From: Lytechinus pictus
Lineage: Eukaryota
Direction: 5' to 3'
Assembly: GCF_037042905.1 (NCBI RefSeq)
Contig: NC_087250.1
Location: 22,446,001-22,510,000 of the forward strand
Length of the DNA: 64,000 nucleotides
The notes below the pieces were generated by a model that saw only the letters and a list, made by a program, of their open reading frames with translations, did not search any database and was not told the origin of the DNA. Numbering within the stretch: the first letter of the stretch is position 1; each line of letters starts with the position of its first letter. The position numbers and the translations under genes were made by a program. Shown piece by piece: positions 29,201-44,200 of the stretch.

Positions 29201-32200
29201 TATTTTATGCCTTTATAAAAAATTGCGTTGCCATGGCAACAAATGAAATAACAAAAACTAGATGAAAATCTTGTAATTTAATTGAATTACTTTATCAGTT
29301 TTCAACTGGTCAATTCTCCTAAAATGTTGGCGCACACAATAGTCTTGAGTTGAAGATGTCTAAGATATACTTTTGCCTGTATCAGAATTCGTGTTGCTAT
29401 GGTAACAACATATTATATAAAGAAATTAGGTGAAAATCTTATGGTTTGAATCCATTTATTAGTTTTACCAATTCTTATAAAAGTTGGCTCACACATTGAT
29501 TTTGAGGTGTAGATCTGCAAGACATATATTTGAAAATTTGTTGCCATGGTAACAGCATATCAGATCAATAAATGTGTAAACAGCATGATGAGTATTGAAC
29601 TACTTCTTCATTTTATGACATTGGCCTATATGTCCATGAAATGTAGGTTTTGAGCTAAAATAATCTGCAAGACACATTTTCTCATTCATCAAAATATGTG
29701 TTTGTATGATAACTACATGTATACGCCAAAAAAGATTAAGACAATGGTCAATGCTAACTTTTGTTTGGCTACATAGATAACTACATGTAGCTGAGGGCTT
29801 AGACAGGAATAACCGTCGTTTCTGGGGATTTATTCAACAATTTCTGACAGTTTACTGTAATCCCCATGTATGGTTAGTGGAGCCAACGTAGTTCAGCGGA
29901 ACAACCAAAATACAGAGACTGAAGCTTTTGGTCTACTGAGGGCTTAGTTCTAGTTTTTTTTTTTTTTTTTTTTTGGGGGGGGGGGGGGGCTAGACATCAA
30001 GATTTCGAACTACAGCCCCTAGTTTAGATCTAAGCCTAGATCAAGATTCTTTAGTCCTAGAAATAACCCAATGCTAGATCCCTAGCCTACTTCCTTTCTC
30101 AGGCCTAACGTTAGATGAGTAGAACTAGACTAGATCTAGCCTACATTTACTATTTTTAGATCTAGAATCTACATTGAGATAGAGTCTACAAGTCTCTAGA
30201 TCTACAATATGACCCTATGTACACCTAGATTGGTATAGTTCTAGATCTAGATAGGGTCTAACTTTTAGTCTAAGTGAGTAAGTCATTTAGTCTAGATCTA
30301 GGCCTAGGTTAGAGATTTCTAGATCAAACAGTAGACTAGATCAGCCAGTCCTAACGTTAGGGCTACCGGATAGGCTAGAAATAAAATCTAGAATGAATAG
30401 AAGAAAGCACAGGCTAGGCCGCCTAGGCCCTAGATCTAAATTCTTATATAAATCTAGGCCCTAGTCTAGACTGAGCTGTTGCCAGTGTTGGTCTAGGTTT
30501 AGGCCTGTTTTCTAGTCCTGGAAACCTAGATCTAAACAAGTCCTCAAAATGTATAAAATAAAAACTCCAAACAAACAGATGGACCTAAAGCAGGAGTAGA
30601 TCTAGATAGATGTCTAGACTACTACTAGGACTAGATCTAACTTTAGGCATAGTTGGCAAGCAATGCATAGCGATATATCTAGCACTGTTGACAGGAATAA
30701 CCGTCGTTTCTGGGGATTTATTTAAAAGTTTCTGACATTTACTGTCATATCACATTGGTGAGACTAGGCCAACGTAACGTTAGACTGTTTAGTGTCGTAC
30801 TCGTAATACTAAAATAGCGGAACAACCAAAATACAGTCGGAGACTGAAGCTTTTGGTCTAAGTCAGATCTATTCTAAACCTACATGTAGATCTAGATAGA
30901 TCTATCCCTGTCTTAAGGCTAAGCCAGGCTAAGTCCTGCATGTTCTAGGCCTAGACCAATACTAATATAGGTCTATCGTTAGATCTAGGCCTAGTATGTA
31001 GCTTCAGTGTCAGTTGCTCCACTACGGCACTAGACTAACAAAGTTACGTTTTGCTTCAGCCTTCAGGAAAGTAAAAAGTAAAAACAATGTTCGATTCTCC
31101 TCCAAACAGACGGATATTAGTTGTAGATCTTGGGCCTAGGCTAGATCTAGGCCTAATGTTAGACCCAAGACTAGTCTCAAAAGTTACAAATGTTTTCCCT
31201 TAGACCCTAGGTCTACTTCAACTGAAGTAGAATAAAGATGTCGAGAGGAATATATCCTATCCCATTTAGATTTTGACAAACAATACATGAAAAGTAATGA
31301 ATGGGACTGATACATAAAAAACTGTGCAAGTCACTCGGTTTGGGATTGAAATGTTTTGGTAATTAACAAAATATAGAATAATCTGAATAAAGAATTCTTA
31401 CCATATATGGGTGATGAATGCTCTTCTTTTACTACAATAGTTGTAATTAGTTTCAATAAAATCAAACTTGTTAAGAAAAAACAACTTCAATGACATTTTT
31501 GCTATTTTGTTGCAGTCACCCCTGCAGCAGTTTAGAAGGTCATAGAATTTGACTTTGAGACTTTGGCTTAGCCATATCGTCTGACTTGAGACAAATGTCT
31601 TAAAGTTTATAGAATATCGTTAGGGAAGATTTCTTAGACAAGCAAAATGCTAAGACAAATTGCTAAGACTTAAGCAAAAAGCTTATCTCGTTTATGGAAT
31701 ACGGGCCCAGGCCAATAATACATTGACTTCAATGGGGTTAGTTAAGTATTCATAAGGTCATATCTTAGGCCCCCATGGACCGATTCCCACCAAATTTAGG
31801 TAGTGGGGTTATTTTCATCATGCTCTACCAACACATGGTATAAAAAATGCTGAAATGCAACAAAGTAATGTGACATCATCACTTTGGTACTCTATATTTC
31901 CTTCTTAAAAGTTATATGTGTCTGTAAGGTCTCACGAAAGAAATGAATTAAACGTGCAATAAATAAGATAGAATTGAATGTGTAATGTGGACATATAAAT
32001 GTGAGAGAATTATGGCCTTTGGTAAAAAAACTTATAAAGTCCATGTTATATAGCTTTTACTCAAGCCATGCTTTGAATTGTTATTGTTTCCATTATTTAT
32101 TATGTTAGTTATTATTTCAAGCACTCGATTCCAAAAGGCATTCTCTTCTGTTGATTCCAGTCAGCACTCATGTACAAATAAATGATGCATATTCAAATTT

Positions 32201-35200
32201 ATCTACCTCATAATATACAATCTTTTATCCAACATTGTTCTCAGCACACTCATTGATGCCTTTAAAATTGTTGAATTTGTTTTGAGTTTTTTTCCATTGT
32301 TTTGAGATTCAACTCTAAATTTTCCATTTCAACTTAAATCCACAGGATACTACACTTACATAGAAGCATCATCTCCTCGGGTGATTGGAGACAATGCTCG
32401 ACTGCTCTCCGGGTCACTGAGGTCAACCAGGGGTCAACCATACTGTCTGTCGCTATGGTATCATATGTTTGGAAGCGATATTGGTAGTCTAGCTATCTAT
32501 ATCAGGGATACAGATGGCACAAATGAAAGAGTTGTAAGTGTAGTTTAACTTTTCATGAAATTTGTTATTAATAATTAGAATGTGACCCTCCACATTCACT
32601 ATCACTGGTCTCACCATTTGCCTCTGCGTTTTGTCATTTTAAAAAATGATTATAAAATTCAGATGCATACCTAGCGCAAATTTTAATGAAGTAACTAAGT
32701 CATCTAAAATAGGAGATAAGTGGGTAGAATGAGAAGAAAAGTTTTGAAAATCATTTTATTTGAACATATATTTATATCATGATTTCAAAAATCTGAAATT
32801 ATGAACTATATATGTACATACTCTGGGAAAATATAAGGATCATCTTTGGAATATGGAAGATTTAACACCATGCCCATTTAACATTTAGGTTGACTGCATT
32901 ATGTTTATATCCCCAGTTCCTTTTTCAAGAAATACAGGGGAAATGTTAATGAATATTTTTACAATTTTTTTCAGATTTGGACAAAATCAAGAACCCAAGA
33001 GAATGATTGGCATCTTGGCCACTACACACTCTCCACAATGACTAACTATGAGCTGGTGATAGAGGGCGTTATAGGACAGAGCTGGTACGGAGATATCTCT
33101 ATAGATGATATCAGTCTCTCAGAAGGAGAGTGTCCACCATCAGGTAAATGTTATCTATCATCCAGTTAATAGTATTTATATTGACTGTTATATTGACAGT
33201 TCTTTGTATCTGGTTAATAGTATTAATAATATTTTCATTATTTCATACTTGTGTGAATAATATGTCTCCCTTATAATGAAATAAGTTGCAGCAATAAATA
33301 TCTAATGCACTAAATCAGTTGCCAATCCAATTTTTCTAGTTCTTGGAGAAAAAAAATTGAATAAACCTAATTTCATATAATAAAATACAAAAGAACAAGT
33401 GGGGATGTAACATCATCAGGCCACCTAATGAATATTCATGACACTGTTTTCACAAAATATTGCTAAACTTTAAAATTCAATAACTTTGTAATTTGTTATC
33501 CGATTTTGATGAAATTTTCGGCAATTTGCTTAGTGAATTCTACTCTATTTATTACGTTATAAATATTTTCAGCGCGGACCATCCCTTTAAGCTGTCGAAG
33601 CTCTTACATTTAAATTCCCTTTTATATCTTTATGATTTAGGTCCTTCCTCTACTTTGTAAGGCATTAACATTAGACAAAAAAAAAATAATAATAATCCGC
33701 CCAAAAGGTGCTTCAAGTTTTCGATGATCATCACCATTACTAATTCGCTTCACAATTTGTTGCTAGGATTTCACTATAAAGACTTAACTAATATTTTTGT
33801 ATTTTGTACAGCTGAGTGTGACTTTGAAGTTGACCTCTGTGATTGGATGAATATTGACAGCAACGATTTTGATTGGTCAAGAGGATCAGGATCTAGCAGT
33901 GATGGTCCTTCTGTGGATCATACTACCAATACTGCTTCAGGTTTGTAATTTTGAAATTATGAACTAACTTTTTTTGCTTTTAACTTGATAACTGAATATT
34001 GTTTTGGTTTAATTTTGGTTTAGTATATTAACTCAATCACCCTCCTGGAAGCATTTCATCAACACTTATTGTTTTTTTTTTTGCCTCCAATTAGAGGATT
34101 TATTTACACCATCGCAACATAACACATTATAAAAATGAACATACATGAGATGACAGGACATTTTAAAAAATTATATTGATACAAAACAATTACATAGTTA
34201 TGCAATCATCCAATAATCTTATATAAGTTATAACATATCAAAGACATAAAATGAAAACAAAAGATTTACTGAGTTTCATACGTATTCGGTAATTTCTGTG
34301 GGTAAATAAACATATCTTTTTCTGTACCGAGCTTTCATTTCTACTCTAATTTCTATTTCTCTTAATATAAATTTCAGATTATCTCTCTATTCTTTTCCAG
34401 ATATGTTTCTTGAAACAATGACTTTGTGAATACACCAAAGTGCAATGGTCAGAAGTAAAACCAAATTTTTTAATTGATATTTCATAGAAAACTTGTAGAA
34501 ATCAATAATTGAAATAAATGAAATAGAGAATAATTACTCATTGAATGTTACATCCACAGGTCACTATGCATACGCTTCCATCTTGGGTCAACCATCTGGC
34601 TCTACCGCCCTCCTTGGCAGCAAGGAGTACAGTCCATCAGGGTCGCAGTGCCTCTTCTTTTTCTATCACTTGAGCGGTTTGGATGTAGGGAGCTTGACCG
34701 TTTACAGGCAGGATGATGACGATACGTTCGTTAGACCGAGCTGGACTATGTCCGGTGATCAAGGAGATGTGTGGCGGTCAGCAAGGGTCGATATCTCCCC
34801 TACTGCAGATAGTAATTACAAGGTATGGTATAGTGGAAGATCTCACATACGTTATCTTATATTTGGCAATGTAATCCCCCAAAGTATTTTTTTATTTGAA
34901 TTATAGATTGTTCATATTTGATAGAGTATAAATTCAGAATTATAAATTCTACATTGCTTTTGGGTGCCCTGTTAAAGTAACCTCTTGATGACCAATGGTA
35001 TATTGAGAATTGTTGTTTCTATGAAAGGAATGTTTTCCTTCTTCTAATTTATACCTTTTCATATATTTTAGTGGAAATGTATTTTCCAAGAAAGGAAGCA
35101 AAACAAATATGATTCCTTTTATTTGATCATCTCAATTTGTAAATGCAGATTTTGGTAGTTTTTTACTTGATAAATCAGCACAGAAGGTTTAAGGTCATCT

Positions 35201-38200
35201 CCAAGGGAACTGTCAATAATGAAATGCCTGCGAAAGGGTACTAGCGTACCAACATGGGAATAAAACGGAGATCACCAGAATTAAAAACCACCTCTCTACT
35301 GCCTAGGACATTATGGCCCATATTCTGAAGTCGGGTTCAACTTAAACTCAGGTTTAAAGTTGTGGTTTAAGTATGGATAACCAAAAGTATCAAAATTTTT
35401 TATTAAGTTTTATCTTTCTTATGTTTACTGTGCTCTTTCCTGATTCATCGATGGTGAAGACAATCATCTATTTATACTTCCTAGACAATTATGAATTATT
35501 TCAGAGCCAAATGAGCTGAAATGTGATATCTCTACCGTTAGTGATTTATGTAACAATTGGCTATCCATACTTAAACCACAACTTTAAACCTGAGTTTAAG
35601 TTAAACTTGACTTCAGAATACGGGCCTATGCATCCTTGATGATGATTTCAAGGATGATTTTAAATTTGTATATCTATCCATCTATTCATTACATTTTATT
35701 CTCTTGCACATTTCTGTTTTGTTGAAATATCTACTTAACATACATGTAATATTCAAATTACATATTTGTGTGACAATATGATATTCAACACTTTAATTTT
35801 CAATATATGCGTATTATCTTGTCTTTGTAAAGGATTACAAATTCAGATGCAATTCTACAATGTATGATGTTTTATACCACAATAGATAATTTTATGAATT
35901 TTGTACATATATTATGCATTTTTGTGTAAGTATGTTTATTGCTATTCAGGGCCCCGTCGAAGACCACGACTTATTGGATAGTTGGCTACAAGAGATCATA
36001 AATTAATAAATAAAATAAATTATCAAAAATAATACTGAAATTGCTCATTTGTTTCATTTTTTGTTTCCTTGGCTATCCGCACAGATCTACTTTGAGGCCA
36101 TTTCCGGGGGTGCTACTTCCAACGCAGACATTGCCATTGACGATATCCACTTCCGTGGATTCCCATGCCCACAAGAGGGCGCTTGTGATTTTGAGCGGGG
36201 TTATTGCAGCTGGACCAATGACTATGTCAGCGATGATTTTGATTGGCTGAGAGGGAATTCAGAGACGCTGTCTGGTTACACTGGCCCAACCTTTGACCAC
36301 ACCCTTCAGAACTCCTATGGTGGGTCCAATACATTATAATTTTCTTCCATAGAGCTAATTGCATAATTGTTTATATCTTGTTTTATGTGTTATTTTTACA
36401 CAACAAACTCTTATTGTTGGTCCAAAACAATGTAATTTCCTTCTATAGGGCCAATTGCAGGATTGTTTTTTCTTCTTTTATGCTATTTACTCTACAATGG
36501 TGAGTCAATTTTTCTTACTTTTTTAAACATCCTTTTCTTCAAAAGTGCAATTTGAAGAATGCTTATTTCTTTGTTTTATGTATTCTTTATCCTTTACTAC
36601 AAACGCCTCTGATGGGTCCAAAACGGTATTTGGAACAGCATTTTCCTTCCAAATGGAATTTTGAAGAATTTCTTTACTCTTTCTTTGTTTAACTTTTTGC
36701 ATGATTTTAAAAAAGCTCAATAAATTTTAAAAATATGTATAATGTGTTCCTCAGGTGGAAATTTCATATGATTATACATTTCAATAATTTAGTGACTGTA
36801 AAAATTTTTCTACCAACCATACATTCACATATCGCACTTTGTATCATTTGTTTCATTTCTTACTTTGATTTGAATGTTTGCAACAGGTCACTTTGCATTC
36901 ATTGAAAGCTCTTCCCCTCGTGTCATGGGTCAAAAGGCTTGGCTTGTCAGTGAACATTTAGAGAGTACCAGTGGTAAGTATTTGACATTCTTTTGTTCAA
37001 ATACATGTATCAAGATTAATCCCATTTTTCTCCTCAATTTAGCAGCAATATTTGTTTATATATTCCCTTTTCCCATTTCAAGTTAAATAAAATGAGGATA
37101 CAACATCAGTCAGAATATATATCAAGAAAATTGAAAATGAAAATTTGCTGGTTTGCATTTTTTTTCTTTTAGTTTTGTTAAGTTGCCAATTTAGTGTGTG
37201 TATGCAATGATTGCCTTCAATTTAAGTAGGTTTTATTCAAGAATTGCAATGCATATTTACCCTTTTCTTCTACTTTTCATCCACCTCCAGGGCGTTGTTT
37301 TGAGATGTGGTATCATATGTACGGCCAAGGTACGGGCTTGCTTAGGGTCCACACCCAAACCGCCGACACACAGCCTCAGCTGATGTGGTCCCAGACGGGT
37401 AACCAAGGCAACGTCTGGAAACACACAATGATGACAGTGTCATCTTCCGATCAGTTCTGGGTATGTCTAATGCAACATTGCATGAAACTTGATAAGTAGT
37501 TCACCCTGAGGTAAAGTTTGTTGTAAAAATAACATAAAAATATTGACAAAGGTTTGAGGAAAATCAATCAAAGCTTAAGAAATTCATTAAAATTGTAAAT
37601 TTTTGCTTTGTGACTCATACCATAGCTGCTGCCATATATGTCATTTAATAAATATGAAATACATTAATTTAAAATTTTCAATGGTCCATGATGACTATTT
37701 TTTTTCAGGAGTGGATGTAGTAATGAAATAACATGTAACATTTTCAGTACCTATTTTTCCTACCTAACCATATTCCATACTTAATTGCTAGTAAAACAGC
37801 AAATATGTCTCCTGAAGCCAACACTGTAAATCTATAGGATAACAAAATAAAAGGCATTAATCATTGCAGTAAATACATTGTTTGTTACCTCTTCATTGTT
37901 TTAGATTATCGTGGAAGGAATAATTGGATATAACTACACCAGTGATACAGCTATTGATGACATCATGCTGTATGATAGCCCATGTGGATCAACCCAAGCC
38001 CCACCCACAACTATACCTACATTTGGTAAGTCTAGACAATGTGTATCAATCAGCTTATCCAGGATAGACCACAAGGGGGACAACACTTCATAAATTCTAT
38101 GAAAAGAAATAAACATCCCTTCCAGTCACTTACCTGGGTGACCATTTCAGCACCCCCCCCCCCCCCCGCCGTGGCATTTTTTTTTTCGCAATATATTGGC

Positions 38201-41200
38201 TGTGGAAATATTTTGACTGCGCCACTCGCTGACTCTTTACCTTAAAGTCTCGCGCAACTTCTGAGACCAAATTTGTGATACCCAGACACGCAGTTATAAA
38301 ATTAAGCTCACAAAGAGGGGTCAATGTCAATCGACCCATTCAATTAATATGTATTTGTACATTTTCTTGAAAAATTGTGCTGCAAAGAAAAGTGGTCTTG
38401 CCCTTGAAATACCAAAATTTAAGGCCTGTTTTTTCTTTTGTTCCGTTGTCAGCCCCTGATTCCCATGATTGTGATTTTGAGAGCGGCCTTTGTACCTGGA
38501 CCCAGGATCCATACAATGACTTCAACTGGACCAGGGCTTCAGGAACCACTGGAAGCGCTGGAACAGGTCCTGCTGGGGACCATACAACTGGGGACTCAAC
38601 TGGTAAGGGTGTCTTCTCCGTTCAATTTCTTCTTCAATACATTAAGACACTTTGTCAATAGTCAGAGTCGTGTCTTTCGTGCAGGAATCCCACAAGCATT
38701 TTTTTCATTTACCAATATTCACATTTCATCTTACACAAGAAAATTGGGAATGTAGGAATGCAGGAAAGCCACTCTGAAAAGACAAATAATGCCTTATAGT
38801 AGGAATCCTGCAAAAACATGTTGTACAGACTTTTGACAAGGTACCTAAAAATAATAAAATACACATGTATTATCCTCTTGGTTAAGAGACAAACGGGTAT
38901 TCAGCCTCACCAATTATTTTCTTTGTTGGGTGTTTGTGAGTTTTGAACTGATTAGTGAGATTGAAGATCTGTTGGTCAGTTGGATTCTATTTGCCCTAGC
39001 CACTAACTCATCTCTGTGGCCTAGTGGTTATAAAGTACTGGCATTCTAAGCTTTGGGCTCAGTTTTGATTCTAAAGCTTCAAACCAAAAATTCTAGAACG
39101 AAATATGAAATGTATTTGCTGTAGGAAATTACAAATTTGATAAATTCTTATATTTATTTTTGATGAAATTGTGAAAATGTGCTGGATTTTTTATTAATTT
39201 TTGCATTTTTTTTTTTTCTTTTTTTAAAACAAACAGGTTACTACATTTATCTTGAAATGACCGGTGGCAACCCGGGAGACACTGCCAGACTGAATTCCAA
39301 CGTTTTGCGGAGCTCTGACGATTCGGGCTACTGCATGGACTTCTGGTTCCAGATGTATGGAAAACATCTTGGCAATTTTTCCATTTACACGTCCAGTGGA
39401 GGGTCAGAGATGCTGATCTGGACCGAGTCGGAACCAAGGGGTCCATTCTGGGTACAGGGCCAGATCCATTTTACAGGAACAGACTCATATACAGTAAGTT
39501 TATACGTAATAGCTATCATCTGCCTTCAGGAATGAATGAAAATGAACGGAAAAATTAAAAATCTTATTGGGAGCCTAACTGCAGACAAAAGTTTCTCTTA
39601 TTTTAGGATTATTTTGATTTTGTCTCTCTTCAGGTGATATTTGAAGGAGTTAGAGGATCTGATTACATGGGGGATATTGCAGTAGATGATATAGTCTTCC
39701 ACCCAGGCTCATGTCCAACACCAGGTCAGGATACACATTTTTAGTTTCTTTCTTGCGTTTGTATCTATTTAACAAAAAGCTTTTTTTTCTTTTTTTTTCT
39801 AACTCTCAGTCAGCAATGGTTATGAGTGAAGTATGTGTATTGTAGTGGATGTTTTACTGCACACAATTAATTCTCCAAATCAAGTAGAATAAATTCAATC
39901 TTCCTCTTAGCCATAATAAAGGACTGGTCATGTGATGTATTTCAGCCAATCATTTAATTGGGATCCCTATCACCATTTTATTTTTATATTGATGTAATTT
40001 TTCCTGTTAGCTGGAACAAAAGATTGGGCAGGTGATACATATATTTCAGCAAATCATTTGATTTGGATCCATGTCACCATCTAATCATTATTGATGTGAT
40101 ATTCCTGTGAATTAGAATAAATGACTGGTCACATGGTTTATTTCAGCCAATCATTTTATTAGAATCCATATACCATTTTATCAATATTGATGTGATTTAT
40201 TCTGTAGACTGAAAGAAATGAATGGCAATGTGAGGCTTTGCCTCCAATCGTTTGATTAGGACTGTCACCGTTTTATCAATATTGATGTGATTTTTTTTTC
40301 ACTAAAATAGGTGACTGGTCTGTGATATATTTCATCCAATCAGGATCCTTATCATCATTTGATAACTATTGATATTCATTAAAACCCATTGCGTTTCAGA
40401 CCTTTGTGACTTTGAAAATGGTAACTGTGGATTCAGTCAGATGACCTCTGACACGTTCGATTGGGAACTGATTCAGGCCAACACAAGAGGAACAGGTCCT
40501 ATTGTAGACTACACTTACAAGACTAGTTATGGTGAGCTGCAATTGATGATACCCTACCTCATGTAACATGCACCCGTTTGATACCATTATTTCATTTAGT
40601 CACATGTAGTTTTGACTTTGCTCAAGTCCTTTACTTTCTTTTTCTTTTTATTTCTTGTATATCTGATTATATGTCTTTTATTTTCAAATTATGTTTTTGA
40701 TGACACTAAAGCTTTGATTTCATGAAGGTCAGTAGTCTATTGTAGCAAAGAAAATTGTGTGTTTCCAAACATCAATTCCAAGTGCCTGATATAATATTTA
40801 TTCAATATATTTTGTTTTTATTTTGGTTTGAACCTCTGTTTCAAAATTACCAATGTAGAAGACGAGAACAAACAAATCCATAAGTTTGGAATGACAAGAC
40901 AAGAATAATCACTTTTTTTTCTTTATTGTCTGGTTTTAATCCAAGCATTCAATCTTGAAATATTTTTCCACACTTCTGAACATTTTGTTATACAATAATT
41001 TCATCATGCCAGCCATATTCTGGATGTCACTAATTTAGGTCATTTAGTAAATATGTAATGTGAAACCAAACTATGAACATAATTCAAGTTCTTTTTAATT
41101 CTTTTAAAGGACACTTCATGTTTGCTGATATGACCAGTCTCTCTTCACCTAATGACTATGCAACGGTTCAGACTGGGTTTTATGACCCCACCCCTACCCC

Positions 41201-44200
41201 TCAGTGTATGAAGTTCTCATACTATATGGGCACATCACAGGCTTCTGTTCTCCAGGTACATGTAATTGTCCTTTTATAGATTCGTTCATAGGATCAGAAA
41301 TATGCTTACAATGGCAAAACATATGGGTGTTGTCTTACAAATTGTTGCAAATTGATCCAAACAACCACAACTATATGAAAATCCATTATTGTCATCATTT
41401 TTTTTACAGAAAACATGCACAACGTCCTTAGTAAACAAAAAGAAGCACACTGAATTTTCAAGAAAACAATGAATGTATGAATATATCGAGAAAGTATCAT
41501 AGACAAACATGCATTTAGGATTTTGGTGTTTGATAGCTTTCAATAGCTGTGGATGATCAGATCAATCAGATCAAATTAAAACTTAACGCTGAAGGTGATT
41601 TGATTCACTCACCATCCTTGCGTAAAATGCATCTTCTCCACTCAAACATTTAATCCAGATCCTACTTTACAACCAAATACACATTAGTCTTATCACAGTG
41701 GGGTTTTCATCTTACCTAGATATGTTTTATAAAGCTTTGTAACATAGCGTCCTGGTACTCATTTTACACCTGGGTGGAGAGTGGCAAATTTGGATTAATG
41801 TAGGGCTTAATGCCAATATCTTGGGTAGATGTGGACATATTGTTTGAGGTAAGGATCTAGTTTTTTTTTCAAGGGTTTCAAAGTAGGAAATGGATATTGT
41901 ACATTTAGAAAAGTGTATAAACATTATGTTTGAAACAATGAAATATCAAATCTGCTTGTGATGAAATAAAAAGGGGAAGAAACTACCTCAAACTGATCTG
42001 ACATACCTCCCATCTTTGATAAGTCTATATATTAGTTTAAACTATTTTTGCTAATAATATCTGGATCTGTAGTTATTCAATTTTCTTGAAATATAGTGAT
42101 ATATCTCTCGTAGTTCTTAAATGAAATGTTACTTTCTACATTTTGTGTGTTTGAACAATAATGTTGTGGTAAGAAACCCGTTAAAAAGGTTATTGTTTCT
42201 TTCAAAAATTCTTGTTTTTCTTTTATTCATAAGAATATTGTATTATACATGTTCCAATATAACGATTGTTCTTTAAGTACACTTGCATTTGTGAAATTAA
42301 AGAACAACAGCAAAAATAGTACAGCTGAATATAAATGAGTCAATATCTTATACTCATGATTGAAATTAGGTGCAATCAAATAAATGTTTCCTCATTGCTT
42401 TAAAAACAGTTTCGCTCACATTTCAAGCTCATTTCTTTTTATCATTCTAACAAAACAAATATTCGTATTACACTGATAAGGTTTATCTACATGAAAGGAG
42501 CATTGGAGACTCGAGAATGTGGCAGATGAATACGGTCACAGGACCAGATGAATGGCATGTAGCTGAGATTAATTATACCAGCGCAGACTCTCATAGGGTA
42601 AGATGAATAAATAGGTAAAGATGATGGTGTGTGGTGGTGATTGTGGTAGTGGTGGCGATGTTGGTGATGATCGTGGTAAAGATGATGAGGATGATGGTGA
42701 TGTTTGGGATGGTGGTGTTGATGGCGGTGATGATGATGATTGTGATGATGATGTTGGTGGTGATGGTGATGGTGTTAGTATTTATAGTAAAAGTGGTTGT
42801 GGCAATAATGATGGAAGTGATGATAATGCTGGTGATGGAGGTGGTGATAGCAAATGGCCGGGATGATGGTGATGTTGACTGTGCTAGTGATTCTGCTGGT
42901 GGTGGTGGTGGAGGTGCTGACAATGTTAGCTGTGGAGAGATGGCTCCTATAAACACTGATGATGGTAAACAACAAGATTGAAACCTAGTACACTGAATGC
43001 TAATGTGTTTTGATTAGCAACATAGTCATAGATATAACAATGGGGGCATTCCTAGAAACTCACAATCAACTGCAAGTCTATTTTGTGTTCAATGCTCAAT
43101 CATAAATTTCTTATGATTATAAATTTGCTCTTGATTACTGATCTGCTTCTGGAAACCAGGGGGTGTTTCACAAAGATTTAAGTATAACTTAGAGTCGCAC
43201 TTGAATGCATAGTTGTGTTTGGTATAAAAGACATCACCGTATTGGTCAGATCATGCAAAGAGTATAAACACTACGTATTGATCAATAAGATATTGCGTTG
43301 CGTATCATATACACTTCGGTATCTAAGTGCGACTCTGAGTCATACTTAAATCTTTGTGAAACACCCCCCATGAGTGTAACTTATTGACTATTGCTAAAAC
43401 AGATCTATTAACTATAAGATTGCAACATAGATTTGCAAGAGATTGCAAATATTTTCTTCTTATACCCACTTAGTGTTCTTCAAAAAGCTTATACTGGTAT
43501 CTTTTTCAACTGTCACTGAATTATAGTTCCGATTCCAAGCCTCAAGCAATCAGTTCCAAGTCAGCTCTGGCGTTGCAATCGATGACATTATAATATCAAC
43601 AGAACCGTGCAATCCGTTTGGTTCGTGCTCCTTTGAGAATGGGCTGTGTACTTGGAAGAATGATCAGAACATGGACGACTTTGATTGGCTACTCATACAT
43701 GGAAGGACGCCCTCAGACGACACGGGGCCAGGAGTCGACCATACTCTTGGAACACCATATGGTAATTTTTAAATGTCTCTGGAGCATTGTCCATCAATGC
43801 GTAAACATGTGTATGCATTTTAGTATGTAAGTGCGATCACCTTTCTCCACTAAACGTGTAGAGTATTTCATGTTGCAGTAGTAACAGTTAAATTTTACAA
43901 TAAATTACTAATCAGTAGTGATGAAATTATGTTAAAGGATGTCTTTTGGGAGTGTTCTGTCTCATTAATTTCAACCTAAGCACAACCAATATCCCATTTT
44001 CAGATACTTCTCTTTCTCAAATCTTGATTTGTCATTACTTTATCATTAGGAACCTATGTATACGTTGAAGCCACTGGTCGCTCAGAGGGTGATGTCACAA
44101 TCCTCAAGTCTAGTGACTTCCTGGCTGTGTCTCCCCAGTGCTTGGAGTTTTACTATCACATGGGCGGAGCAGATGTTGGTTCCCTTGAGGTCCAGACCTG

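Noticed and set aside
33250..33590. Kolobok-like element ending ...CATCCCTTTAA
   Set aside because: Only one plausible terminus found; too weak to call
42591..42981. Asp/Gly-, Val/Met- or Thr/Ile-rich ORFs
   Set aside because: Translations of a (GAT/GGT)n microsatellite
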